Positions 8,554 through 18,585 of a stretch of 64,000 nucleotides of DNA are shown one piece after another. Below the pieces are notes generated by a model. The model was not told where the DNA came from, did no database searches, and saw only the letters and a list, made by a program, of their open reading frames with translations. This DNA is from Candidatus Caenarcanales bacterium (GTDB lineage Bacteria > Cyanobacteriota > Vampirovibrionia > LMEP-6097). Made by a program: the position numbers and the translations under genes. The stretch lies in the NCBI GenBank assembly GCA_022447685.1, contig JAKVAO010000003.1:368-64367 (forward strand). The letters are read 5' to 3'. Every line of letters starts with the position of its first letter. Position 1 is the stretch's first letter.

Positions 8554-9774
8554 ATGAATAGGCGAGATTTTTTAAAGAATAGCTTCAAGGCGTGCTCATT
8601 TTTGGGGGCAAATTCACTTCTATCTAACTTTTTAGCTTCAAATAGTGTATATGCAAATGAATTTTCAGCTAATAACAAAGTATTGATATTTATATATTTA
8701 CCTGGTGGTTTTGATGGTTTGAATGTAACAGAACCAGATGACGCTGCTTTTAGAGAGCTTAGACCCACTTTGGCTACTGATTCTAACAATTTAATCAATT
8801 TAGACTCTTATTGGAAGCTGAACAATATCTGTGAGCCTCTAAAAGAGATCTATGATAACGGTGATTTAGCTATTTTCCCAGCTTGCGGTAACCCAAATGG
8901 TACTAGATCTCATTTTACTGCTCAAGATTTTATGAGAAGTGGTTTTTCTTCTATATCTAAGGACGGTTGGATGAATAACTCTTTACACTATAACCAGTCT
9001 GCTAATCCTTTTAGAGCTGTTAGTTTAACTGGTAAGCTGAATAGAATACTTAAAGGACCAGAATTTGCTTCTAATTTCACTTCAGTTTCTAGATCCCCTC
9101 TTCAGGATTTAGAGAATTTAGAATTTTCTCTTCTAAATAGTGTTTATGACGGCTTCGACAAGTCTAAGAATAGTTTTGGTTCTATAATCAAGAAATTTGG
9201 TTCTTATATGTTTGATACAGAAGAAGTAATGCAAAGATTAGTAGATCTAGGAGATTATCAGCCAGCTGCAAGTGCTAACTACTCTAATAGTCGTTTTGCT
9301 TCTTACTTGAAGACTTCTGCAAATTTGATTAAAAACACTTCTGTGGAGCTTCTATACATGGATTATCCTGGTGGTTTTGATACTCATCAGAATCAGAATT
9401 TAACTCGTAATTTTTCTGATATCGCAGCTTCATTAAAAAGCTTCTACAAAGATTTAGGTGAAAAGATGAATGATGTGACAGTAATAGTTGGAACTGAATT
9501 CGGGCGGACGGTGATTGAGAATTCTAATAAAGGTACTGATCATGGTTCAGCTGGTACTTGGCTTGCTATGGGTAAGAATCTTCAAGGTGGTATGCACTAT
9601 GACTTCAGACCAAGTTTTGCAAGATCTGATCTTTTCGGTAGAAATGCTTTACCGATTCAGACTAATTATGGTGATGTGGTTATTGAGGCTTTAGATAAAC
9701 ATATGGGGTATAAAAACCTTGATAAGGTATTTCCTGGTTTCAACTATCAAGGAGTTGGTGTTTTTAATTCATGA
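8554..9774 (+). CDS. DUF1501 family protein (sulfatase/alkaline-phosphatase-like fold) with twin-arginine (Tat) signal
   Basis: N-terminal MNRRDFLK... Tat motif. Conserved DUF1501 motifs DYPGGFDTHQNQ and GTDHGSAG. Start set to ATG 8554; the ORF-track TTG at 8542 was rejected. Stop overlaps the next gene start (ATGA at 9771..9774). Confidence 0.7.
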   Translation: MNRRDFLKNSFKACSFLGANSLLSNFLASNSVYANEFSANNKVLIFIYLPGGFDGLNVTEPDDAAFRELRPTLATDSNNLINLDSYWKLNNICEPLKEIYDNGDLAIFPACGNPNGTRSHFTAQDFMRSGFSSISKDGWMNNSLHYNQSANPFRAVSLTGKLNRILKGPEFASNFTSVSRSPLQDLENLEFSLLNSVYDGFDKSKNSFGSIIKKFGSYMFDTEEVMQRLVDLGDYQPAASANYSNSRFASYLKTSANLIKNTSVELLYMDYPGGFDTHQNQNLTRNFSDIAASLKSFYKDLGEKMNDVTVIVGTEFGRTVIENSNKGTDHGSAGTWLAMGKNLQGGMHYDFRPSFARSDLFGRNALPIQTNYGDVVIEALDKHMGYKNLDKVFPGFNYQGVGVFNS

Positions 9775-11540
9775 TTAAGTTAAGAATATTCATTTTAATA
9801 GCTTTATTTATATTTGCAGTTCAGGGTTCTTCTGCAAATGATGATTTGGTTTTCAATTTAAGTATACAGAGTTCTTCTGGTTCTAAAACTTTAAACCCTG
9901 GTCATAATCTGCAAATAAATTTTTCTAGCCCTAAAGATCATTTGATTAATAAAATTGCCCTCAATGGTTTTGAACTTGAAGACCTTTCCTATAGCTGCTC
10001 AGAAGATGTTTGTAATTATTCTATCTCTAGTGATTTGAATTCAACTCTTAGTGAAGGTCCTTTATTAATAAGCTTCTCTAACCTAAATACACCTGAATTC
10101 TCTAAGTATCATTTGGAAATTGAAACGGATTATAGTTTCTCGACCACTCCAGCTAATGACGATAGTCAAGACTCAGGTGATAACAATGATTCGAGTAATA
10201 ATAACGATAATAATTCCAACAATAATTCCGGTAATGATAATTCCATTACTAACGACGACAGTACTAGTGATAGCAACACTAAATCTCCAGCTGACGCCAC
10301 TATCACTGAACTTTTGACGGTTTCAAGATTTTCAACTAATACTCAAAATCCTAGAATCGCTTATGCAGGTGAGGAGTTAGTTTTCTCTTTTGTACTTAAA
10401 AACAAAAACGATGATATTGGCTTTGTGAAGATAGCATCCCTTCCGATTGCTCCAGGTCCAGGAACTCAGATTGGAGATTCAAAAGCCCATGAAATTAAAC
10501 TTGACTTATCTAAATTATCGTCTAATTTGATTAGAGGCTTGAATAATCTTCTTGCTTTTGAAATTCAGATAAATGGCAAGATCTATAAGAACACAGATTT
10601 GAATATTGAGCCAATTAAATACTTAAGCCTAGATGCAGATAAGGTTTTCTTGAATAGAGAGATATCTATAGAACAATCTACTAGACCTAATTTCTATAAT
10701 GTCAAATTTGACCTAGATAGAACGACTGCTGATGAGATTGCTGTTCAAACTGTTGTCCTGAATGATGGTCAGGCTTACTTCTTTAATAAGTCATGTGAAA
10801 GACTTATATGTTCTTATGTCTCTGATGATATTGAAATCTTGGATTATGAAAACGCCATCAAGATTATTTATCAATACCTTGGAGATAATTACAATTTCAC
10901 TTATAAATTTAAATTAAACGATAATCTTTCAGAAAATGATCTTGCTAGACTTCTTTCAATAAAATCAATTGAATTACCGTTTACAGGTGCTTTCGATAGA
11001 AAAGGTAATACTGTTATCGTTATTAATCTAACTGATTCGAGTGAAGATCTATTCGTCTCCAAGTCTATAATTTCTGATTCTAATTATGAACTTGTGAATT
11101 TGGATGAAGCTAGTAAAGAACTGAGAATTGTTTACAAGCTTGACTTGAGCTTGGTTTCAGAGAAACTTAATTTACGTACTAATGAAAATCAAACTTTAGT
11201 TATAGACAACTTTGAGTCTCAGCTTAACTCTGTGATTCCTCAAAGTCGTCAACTATTCTCAAATAATAATACGAACAAGAGAAAAACTAAAGTTAAAACT
11301 AGAATTAGAAAATTTGTTACTGATAAGAAGCAAAGACTTGCTGTTAGAGGTAGAAACTTAAATGCTTCAGCAAGATTATTTGCTCTAAATGATAAAGGTG
11401 TTTTCTCTGAAATTAGTTTAGGGAAGGTGAATAAGAAGTTTAGAAAGCAACTTTTAAGTGCGAATCAATCAGTGAGTGAAGATATTGATTATTTGATTTA
11501 CTTTACTGAAAAAGATGGAATCAGTTATATAAAGCTATAA
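9771..11540 (+). CDS. secreted hypothetical protein with N/S/D-rich low-complexity linker, paralogous to the N-terminal domain of the downstream DUF1800 protein
   Basis: Signal peptide MIKLRIFILIALFIFAVQGSSAND. Low-complexity region DDSQDSGDNNDSSNNNDNNSNNNSGNDNS. The N-terminal module (NLQINFSSPKD ... CSEDVCNYSIS) parallels the 11562 gene (NLQISFDKDFQ ... CSETECNLNLD). Confidence 0.55.
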   Translation: MIKLRIFILIALFIFAVQGSSANDDLVFNLSIQSSSGSKTLNPGHNLQINFSSPKDHLINKIALNGFELEDLSYSCSEDVCNYSISSDLNSTLSEGPLLISFSNLNTPEFSKYHLEIETDYSFSTTPANDDSQDSGDNNDSSNNNDNNSNNNSGNDNSITNDDSTSDSNTKSPADATITELLTVSRFSTNTQNPRIAYAGEELVFSFVLKNKNDDIGFVKIASLPIAPGPGTQIGDSKAHEIKLDLSKLSSNLIRGLNNLLAFEIQINGKIYKNTDLNIEPIKYLSLDADKVFLNREISIEQSTRPNFYNVKFDLDRTTADEIAVQTVVLNDGQAYFFNKSCERLICSYVSDDIEILDYENAIKIIYQYLGDNYNFTYKFKLNDNLSENDLARLLSIKSIELPFTGAFDRKGNTVIVINLTDSSEDLFVSKSIISDSNYELVNLDEASKELRIVYKLDLSLVSEKLNLRTNENQTLVIDNFESQLNSVIPQSRQLFSNNNTNKRKTKVKTRIRKFVTDKKQRLAVRGRNLNASARLFALNDKGVFSEISLGKVNKKFRKQLLSANQSVSEDIDYLIYFTEKDGISYIKL

Positions 11541-11561
11541 GGAATTTAAAGGGGAATTTTA

Positions 11562-14456
11562 ATGAGAGCGAAGATCCTAGATATGAGTAAAATTTTATGG
11601 CTAATGTTTTTAGTTGTTTGTCTTTGCTTTACAAGTCTTGCAGCTAAAGCTAATAAGTTTCCTGCACCTATTAACAGTATTTCTATAAAGTCTGCTAATG
11701 AAAATTATCCTAGGCAAGCTAAGGTAGGTGAAAGTTTTAATCTCCAGATAAGTTTTGATAAAGATTTTCAGATAGATTCTCTCAGTATTTTTGAGCATAG
11801 CCCTAGCTTAGAAGCTGTTTGCTCTGAAACAGAGTGTAACTTGAATTTAGATATAACGGTAGATGCATCAATGCTTCAGGCAGAGAAGAAATTGATTGTT
11901 AAGTATAAAAAGAATAACTTCACTAGATCACTAGTGTTTGAAAGGGTTCCATTTAGGTTGCTTACAGCAAGTGCTAGCTTTAATCAGATAGCTGGAATTA
12001 GACTTAGATCTAGTAATCCTTCATTCCAAAACTTTGCTTTTGTTGGTGACCAAATACTTTTAAGTTTCTTTTCGAAACAAGACTTTAGCTTTGAGAATAT
12101 CAGTTCATTAAAATTTGCTGGGCAAGATTTGGATATCGCTAGTCTAGAGAAAGAAAGTCTAGATCTAGATGCAATAAAAAAACTTAATGTGATTAAGGTA
12201 CCAGTGAATGAGGAAACACCTCTAGGTAAAGTGTCTTTTGAACTTAAGCTTGCAGAGCTAGTTTTCAATGAAGCCGTGAATGATGTCTATCCAGTTGTAA
12301 TTCCTAATTCTATTGTTAATAACGTCTTTGAACTATCAACTACTAATATTATTAATCCTAGAATAGTTTCATATAATGATTCTTTGTATTTGAAATTTTC
12401 ATCTTCTTTTGATTTGCAGATTACTAAGTCTGAAATTAACTCCAAAGAATACAGTCCTGAATTCACTAAGAACTGTAAAGCTTTAGTCTGTGAAAATATT
12501 TTGACTTATAAACTTGACCCAGAATTATTTTCTAAGCCCTTAGATATTAAAATTGAATATTTTGAAAATGGTTTACAGAAGACCTATGAAACTAATAACT
12601 CAATAGTTTCAATGGGAGACTATGTCAAACACCATGTTTTGAATAGAGTTAGTTTTGGTAAAGATTCTGAGAGCTTAGAGAAGATAGAAAGATCAGGCTG
12701 GCGCTCATATGTGATTGAGCAACTGAATCCAGTTTCTATAGATGATTCTGCTTTTGAAGCTATGAATAGTTTCGAGAATTTAGATACTAACCCTGATAAT
12801 AATCTAGCTTTATATTCTTTCGATAAAATGCTGTACTCGAAGAAGCAGCTATTGGAGAAAATGACTTGGTTCTGGGAAAATCACTTCAGTACATCCCTAC
12901 GTAAATGGGCGCATGTTGACTGGAGATACTTCAATAGAAAAGAAAGATATGCTGCTGATTTCGAGAGACGTTTCAGATCTGGTAACTATAGAGATTTAGG
13001 TTTCAATGAGATTAAACCATTTATTAGTAATGATTTTATTCATCATTTGAATATCAATACTGCTGACTATGACACATTGGAGCTTAAGGTGCGTTATAAC
13101 CAAAGTGACGATGAGCCACTTACTAAAATTTACTGGAAAAATCAAGAGAATGAAGAAGAGTTCTCTGAGGCTAAGTCAGTAACTTATCAACCCGTCTATG
13201 ATAGATCTACTCAGGTTTATAGTGTTGATTTATCTGCTAATTCTGAATGGCAGGGTACTTTAACTGGACTTGGGATTGAACCTTTCGTGAGAGAGCAGGA
13301 CTCTGGAATTAGATCACGTGCTTTAATTTACTATATTAAACTCAAAGACTCTAATGCAGTTAATACTGATAAATTAATTCTCTACACTAGTAGCTATGCT
13401 GAAAGATGGACTAATGATTTCTTCAGAGCAAATGCTTTTGGTAATTTTACAGATCTCTTGAAGGACAATGCTAAGAGTCCTTCTATGCTTTACTACTTGG
13501 ATAATTATTTGAATAATAAAGCTTATGCACAGGAAAACTACGCTAGAGAAGTTATGGAGTTACATGCTCTAGGAGTTGATGGTGGTTATACCGAAGAAGA
13601 TGTAAGAAGTGTTGCTGAAATGTTTACTGGACTTACTTTCGTTGCAGATAAAGTCTTCTATGATTCTGACGAGCATTTATTTAAGGACTTGGAAGTAAGT
13701 TTCCTTGATGAAGTTATTCCAGGTGGTACTAGCCAAGCAGATTTTATAAATCAAGTAGATACTTTCCTTGAGAAATTAGCTGCTCATCCATCTACAGCTA
13801 AATTTATCTGTAAGAAATTAATTGAGTACTTTGTCGATGAAAACGTGCCAAGTGCATTGCAGCTTTCTTGTCAGAATACTTTCCTTGCAAATGCTGAAGA
13901 TGCTAATCAATTGAAGAAAGTGATGGAAGTGATTTTACTGGATGACGAGTTTGTCGATTATAGTCACTATCGTAATAAGATTGCAAACCCAATGTTCCAA
14001 GCAATTCAAGTGATGAGAGCTGGTTGGGATGATAACTTGGATCAAAGATATAATGGATCAACTAAGAACACTGTATACAATCAAGCTGCAAGTCAGGAGT
14101 TTGTTCCAGGCTTTGCTGGACCACCAACAGGTTATAAAGAAATTAGTACTAGTTGGATGAATCAAGGTCAGCTAGTTAAAAGGATCGCCTATAACAAGAA
14201 AGTTTCCAAGGATTTTGCCTATAGAGAAGCTCATCTAACAGCTATTATTAATAAGTTCCAAGACAAAACTAAAGAAGACTTTTTGAGATATGTTCTGGAT
14301 ATCTTTGTTGCAGATGCTTATACTGATGAAGAGTTTAATGCTTTGCTCGCTCTTTTCCCTGAGGATTTTGCATTTAATGTAGCTTATAATAATGTCCAAA
14401 CCATGAAGCGTATTTTCTTTATTGCAGCAAGTATGCCTAGGTCTCAGCTGTTTTAA
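11562..14456 (+). CDS. large secreted protein with C-terminal DUF1800 domain and about 400-aa N-terminal extension
   Basis: RBS GGGG 7 nt upstream of ATG. Signal peptide. C-terminal half carries DUF1800 signatures WFWENHF and MELHALGVDGGYTEEDVRSVAEMFTGLTF. Confidence 0.7.
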   Translation: MRAKILDMSKILWLMFLVVCLCFTSLAAKANKFPAPINSISIKSANENYPRQAKVGESFNLQISFDKDFQIDSLSIFEHSPSLEAVCSETECNLNLDITVDASMLQAEKKLIVKYKKNNFTRSLVFERVPFRLLTASASFNQIAGIRLRSSNPSFQNFAFVGDQILLSFFSKQDFSFENISSLKFAGQDLDIASLEKESLDLDAIKKLNVIKVPVNEETPLGKVSFELKLAELVFNEAVNDVYPVVIPNSIVNNVFELSTTNIINPRIVSYNDSLYLKFSSSFDLQITKSEINSKEYSPEFTKNCKALVCENILTYKLDPELFSKPLDIKIEYFENGLQKTYETNNSIVSMGDYVKHHVLNRVSFGKDSESLEKIERSGWRSYVIEQLNPVSIDDSAFEAMNSFENLDTNPDNNLALYSFDKMLYSKKQLLEKMTWFWENHFSTSLRKWAHVDWRYFNRKERYAADFERRFRSGNYRDLGFNEIKPFISNDFIHHLNINTADYDTLELKVRYNQSDDEPLTKIYWKNQENEEEFSEAKSVTYQPVYDRSTQVYSVDLSANSEWQGTLTGLGIEPFVREQDSGIRSRALIYYIKLKDSNAVNTDKLILYTSSYAERWTNDFFRANAFGNFTDLLKDNAKSPSMLYYLDNYLNNKAYAQENYAREVMELHALGVDGGYTEEDVRSVAEMFTGLTFVADKVFYDSDEHLFKDLEVSFLDEVIPGGTSQADFINQVDTFLEKLAAHPSTAKFICKKLIEYFVDENVPSALQLSCQNTFLANAEDANQLKKVMEVILLDDEFVDYSHYRNKIANPMFQAIQVMRAGWDDNLDQRYNGSTKNTVYNQAASQEFVPGFAGPPTGYKEISTSWMNQGQLVKRIAYNKKVSKDFAYREAHLTAIINKFQDKTKEDFLRYVLDIFVADAYTDEEFNALLALFPEDFAFNVAYNNVQTMKRIFFIAASMPRSQLF

Positions 14457-14552
14457 GTATGCGCTCTATTAACTTTAATATGTAATTTCTATTTTTTGCC
14501 CTGCAATATTCTTATAAGCTTGGTTTAGACTTAAAATAGGATCGTTTTGTAT

Positions 14553-15845
14553 TTAGTTGAGAATTTTTCTTCCGTATGAATAAATTCCTGATTTGTGGTA
14601 ATTTCTCTCTTCTTTGTTTTCCTTTATAATGTTTTGAATCTCAGTTTTGTTGAATGTCCCGACTACTTCTTTAGGGTCTGTATTACCTTCTTGAGTGATA
14701 TATTTTTCAACATCTCCTGGATTAAATTCTTCGCCCTGTATCTCTTTTCTTGTCGCTTCAAAAAGAATAGTAATAATGTTCGTACTTTGTCTTCTAAGTA
14801 ATCCATTATCTTTGGCTAAGTCTCCAAGATTATCTTTGATTTTGTTTGCTTGATCTTGGTTTATTATTCCTTTCCCTTCAAGTATCTCTACATTTTGCTT
14901 GAGGCTTCTTATTTGTCCAATTTTCTCGAAGTTTAGCTCAATTCCATAATCATTGAAGCTTTTTGCTTTTACATAAAAATTAGATGCTTGATTTTCATTA
15001 ATTAAACCGTCTTCCATTAATTGCCTTACTTGAAGATTAAGAGAGAGAATTCCTTTTCTAAGCTCTGGACTAACTGTTGATAAGTCTATTCCATTATCAT
15101 TCATAGTCTCTATATAGTTAGCTGTTTCTTCACTTAATTCTATATCTCCGTTTTTACCTTCAGAAAATATAGCTGTAAGTTCTTTTATACTTTCTGGTGA
15201 TAAGTTAACTAGTGTATTTTGAAGATTTTGAATTGACTGTCTGCTAGTTTCTTGTATTTGACTTCTTTCAGCGAAAAGTGCATTACGCTCATCTGAGTCT
15301 CTTTCCGTTTTTCTATTAATTTCAGCTGCACTTAATGTTGGAATATATTCTGGGATATTTACAGTCTTAGTGTCTGAACTATCATTAAGTATAACAGTAT
15401 TGATGAATGCGAGCGTAGGAATTACTAATGCCTGGATTTTATCCCGGTCTTCTTGACTTGTTTGTTCAGGTGAAAGACCCATAAGTCCCATAATTAGGCT
15501 TGATTGATATTCTGTTCCCAATTGCATAAGGCCAATTAATACTTTATCGGTAAAAATATTTTCATCCAAGCTTATTCCTGCTTCTTGAAAGCTTCGTCTT
15601 AATGTTGCAACAGCTTGGTTTTGTAAAGTTTCAGGATCTTGCTGGGTTACTATACCATCTGTTGGAAGTATATCCTTTGGATCAACTATATCTGTGTGTA
15701 AAGCAGGATTAAGTCCAGTTTTCTCACCAGTACTTTGAACTATTTTTCCTCGATTTTCATTTACTTGTGTTGTTTTCTGAATTTCAGATTTCTTTCCACC
15801 ATCAAAAGAATTAATAATACTCATAACGAGTATTAACGTTACCAT
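14553..15845 (-). CDS. hypothetical protein (possible N-terminal signal/anchor)
   Basis: 430-aa ORF, hydrophobic N-terminus MVTLILVMSIINSF, otherwise a polar Q/N/E-rich sequence with no recognisable motif. Confidence 0.45.
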   Translation of the reverse strand: MVTLILVMSIINSFDGGKKSEIQKTTQVNENRGKIVQSTGEKTGLNPALHTDIVDPKDILPTDGIVTQQDPETLQNQAVATLRRSFQEAGISLDENIFTDKVLIGLMQLGTEYQSSLIMGLMGLSPEQTSQEDRDKIQALVIPTLAFINTVILNDSSDTKTVNIPEYIPTLSAAEINRKTERDSDERNALFAERSQIQETSRQSIQNLQNTLVNLSPESIKELTAIFSEGKNGDIELSEETANYIETMNDNGIDLSTVSPELRKGILSLNLQVRQLMEDGLINENQASNFYVKAKSFNDYGIELNFEKIGQIRSLKQNVEILEGKGIINQDQANKIKDNLGDLAKDNGLLRRQSTNIITILFEATRKEIQGEEFNPGDVEKYITQEGNTDPKEVVGTFNKTEIQNIIKENKEERNYHKSGIYSYGRKILN

Positions 15846-15918
15846 TAGGTAGTACTTTGTATTATTTTGATTATATTTTTTTATATTGTTTGTTTAAGTT
15901 GAAAGATAATTTTGATCA

Positions 15919-17241
15919 TTATGCTTTAATCTTCCCCAAACACAGATACAAAGTCAAACCTCTAACTATCATAAATATAACCATAGACAACCAAAGACCA
16001 TGGTTATCTATATACTTAGGAAGAGTTAGCATAGCAAGAGCATAAACCCCAAAAGAAATTATCATCATATTTCTCATAGACTTAGTTTCAGTAGCACCCA
16101 AGAAAATTCCATCTAACTGAAAACACCATATACTAACGAGTGGCATTAGAATCATCCAAGGTAGATACTGAAAAGCGATTGCTTTAATTTCTTCTAAGTT
16201 TGTAAGTAGTGAGATTATATTTTTGCCGAAGCAAAAGTAAGTCAAAGAGAAAAGCAGCGCAAAACAAATAGCAAAAACAGTAGTTACTTTTATTGATTTT
16301 TTGAAAGCTTTTTCTGATTTTTGTCCGTGTGCTTCACCAACTAAAGCTTCTGCTGCATTAGAAAATCCATCTAGAGCATAGCTCAAAAACCAAAATAGAT
16401 TCAATAGTACTGTATTGCTTGCTAGGATTGATTCTCCTTGTTTAGCTCCTTTAGCAGTAAACCAGGAAAAGGCTATAAAGATTAATACTGTTCTGATGAA
16501 AATATCATTGTTTAATGAAAATGTTTTTTTGAGTTTAGAGAATTCAAGTATTAGTTTCTGGGTTTCTCTGCTGACAAGATCTTTGAGCTTGGTTTTGATA
16601 AGACTTAGGCTTACTATTAGACCTATTATGCAAAAACTAATCTGTGAAACTATGGCAGCATAAGCTACTCCGTAGATATTCATTTTTAAAGCTATTACCA
16701 AATACAAAGCCAAGGCTATATTCAATAGATTCATTCCTACCCTTAGGAAAAGTGCTGTTTGTGGTTTCTGTGAACCATAGAGCCAGCCGAGAATCACATA
16801 GTTGCAGAATACTGCTGGTGCTGCCCAGATTCGGATTTTGAAATATTTAATTGCAAGTTTCTCTAGTTCTGGCTTCGAGTCTAAAAAGAAAAAAGTAATA
16901 TCACTGATAATATCTTTCAGGAGAATTATTATTAGACCAAGAAATGCAGCAATGATGAGATTGCGAATTAATATATGAATTCTTTCTTCATCTTGTTTTG
17001 CACCGTAGGCTTGGGCGGTAAGACCCGTGGTTACTTTTCTAAGAAAAGAAAAGCCCCAGTATATGAACTGTAAGGCAACAACGCCGAGTGCTACAGCAGC
17101 TATAAAGTCTTTACTCTCTAAATGTCCTAGAACCGCAATGTTGGTAGCACCAATCATAGGAATGGATACATTCGCTAAAATTATAGGCCAAGATAAATTC
17201 CATACTTTTAGATAATTGATTGAGTTTGTTTTTTCTTGCAC
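15919..17241 (-). CDS. MATE family efflux transporter (DinF/NorM-like)
   Basis: 440 aa, about 12 TM segments. The N-terminal W.LSWPIILANVSIPMIGATNIAVLGHL pattern is typical of MATE/DinF. Confidence 0.8.
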   Translation of the reverse strand: MQEKTNSINYLKVWNLSWPIILANVSIPMIGATNIAVLGHLESKDFIAAVALGVVALQFIYWGFSFLRKVTTGLTAQAYGAKQDEERIHILIRNLIIAAFLGLIIILLKDIISDITFFFLDSKPELEKLAIKYFKIRIWAAPAVFCNYVILGWLYGSQKPQTALFLRVGMNLLNIALALYLVIALKMNIYGVAYAAIVSQISFCIIGLIVSLSLIKTKLKDLVSRETQKLILEFSKLKKTFSLNNDIFIRTVLIFIAFSWFTAKGAKQGESILASNTVLLNLFWFLSYALDGFSNAAEALVGEAHGQKSEKAFKKSIKVTTVFAICFALLFSLTYFCFGKNIISLLTNLEEIKAIAFQYLPWMILMPLVSIWCFQLDGIFLGATETKSMRNMMIISFGVYALAMLTLPKYIDNHGLWLSMVIFMIVRGLTLYLCLGKIKA

Positions 17242-17308
17242 TGATTTCTAAGCTTCAATATTAATAGAATTCTCTTCTAATCTTCAAGAATAAGTTTATA
17301 AATAGATT

Positions 17309-18523
17309 ATGCTAAACTCAGCATTTATGCTCAAATCTAAAGCTATGGCTGATATTGACCCACGAATTTCTCAAGCAGAGAAATCATTAGAAGAAACTTG
17401 GAGAAATTTTGAAGAGATTAAACATTATAATCAGATCAAAGTCTTAAAAGCTTTCCAGAAAGCAGGTATCCAGAACTCTCACTATTCGTGGGTGACAGGT
17501 TATGGTTATGATGATTTAGGTAAAGATAAACTTGATGAGCTTTACGCTCATTATTTCAACACTGAAGCTGCAATTGTCAGGTTACAGTTGGTTTCAGGAA
17601 CCCATGCTATCAGCTGTGCGGTTTTGGGTAATCTGAATGCGGGTGATGAATTGGTTGCGGTTACAGGTAAGCCCTACGATACTTTACAGAGTGTTTTTAA
17701 GAAATTTGTAGGTAAATATAATATTGGTTTCAAAGAAGGTGAAGAGGAGCTGAGTTCTAACACCAAACTTGCATTTTTACAAAGATCTAGAGGCTATGAG
17801 TGGCGTGATAGCTATGGCTTAGATTATTTAAAACGTAAAATTAATCTAGTTCGTGAAAAATCTCCCAATGCTGTGATTTTTGTTGATAATTGCTACGGCG
17901 AATTTACTCAAATAGAAGAACCCACAGATATTGGTGCTGATATTATTGCTGGATCTTTGATCAAGAACCCTGGCGCAGGTATTGTTGCTGCTGGAGCTTA
18001 TATTGCAGGCAAGAAAGAATATGTTGAAAATGCAGCAGAAGTGCTTACTGCTCCTGGTATCGGTACTCATGGTGGTTGTAGCTTTGATCAAAACCGTTTG
18101 ATGATGCAAGGCTTTTTCTTGGCACCCAATATAGTCTATGAAGCACTTCGAGGTATGAGCCTAGCTTCAAGACTTTTTCAGGATTTAGGTCTTGAAACTA
18201 TACCAGCAGCAGATGCTGAAAGAAATGATATTATTCAAGCAATTAAATTTAATTCAAGGGAAAGACTCATAAAATTCTGTGAGTTGGTTCAGAAAAATAG
18301 TCCGGTAAATTCGATGTTTAGTCCTGTTCCTGATGCTATTTCTGGCTATGATGATGAAATAATTATGGCTGCAGGTGCTTTTGTTGAAGGTTCTAGTATT
18401 GAGCTTTCTGCTGATGGACCTCTGCGTGAACCTTATATCGCTTATTTGCAGGGTGGGCTTTCGTATTCACATACAAGATATGTTCTCTCAGAGATTATAA
18501 AAGCTATATCTTCGAATAGCTAA
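17309..18523 (+). CDS. PLP-dependent Cys/Met-metabolism-like enzyme of the YnbB (aluminium-resistance protein) family
   Basis: TGYGYDDLGKDKLDELYAHYFNTEAAIVRLQLVSGTHAI matches the YnbB/Met_gamma_lyase-like family signature. Three alternative in-frame ATGs at the 5' end. Confidence 0.65.
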   Translation: MLNSAFMLKSKAMADIDPRISQAEKSLEETWRNFEEIKHYNQIKVLKAFQKAGIQNSHYSWVTGYGYDDLGKDKLDELYAHYFNTEAAIVRLQLVSGTHAISCAVLGNLNAGDELVAVTGKPYDTLQSVFKKFVGKYNIGFKEGEEELSSNTKLAFLQRSRGYEWRDSYGLDYLKRKINLVREKSPNAVIFVDNCYGEFTQIEEPTDIGADIIAGSLIKNPGAGIVAAGAYIAGKKEYVENAAEVLTAPGIGTHGGCSFDQNRLMMQGFFLAPNIVYEALRGMSLASRLFQDLGLETIPAADAERNDIIQAIKFNSRERLIKFCELVQKNSPVNSMFSPVPDAISGYDDEIIMAAGAFVEGSSIELSADGPLREPYIAYLQGGLSYSHTRYVLSEIIKAISSNS

Positions 18524-18585
18524 ATTACGTTGATGAGACAATTTTTTTGATGAATCACTAATAATGTGAGAAAATGTAATTTGCT

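Noticed and set aside
10120-10317. 65-aa ORF in an alternative frame of the N/D/S-rich tract
   Set aside because: Alternative-frame reading of a trinucleotide-like repeat inside a real secreted-protein gene.
11610-12268. Minus-strand ORFs of 62 and 94 aa
   Set aside because: Antisense within the DUF1800 protein gene.
16415-17215. Three plus-strand ORFs (82, 65, 62 aa)
   Set aside because: Antisense within the MATE transporter gene.
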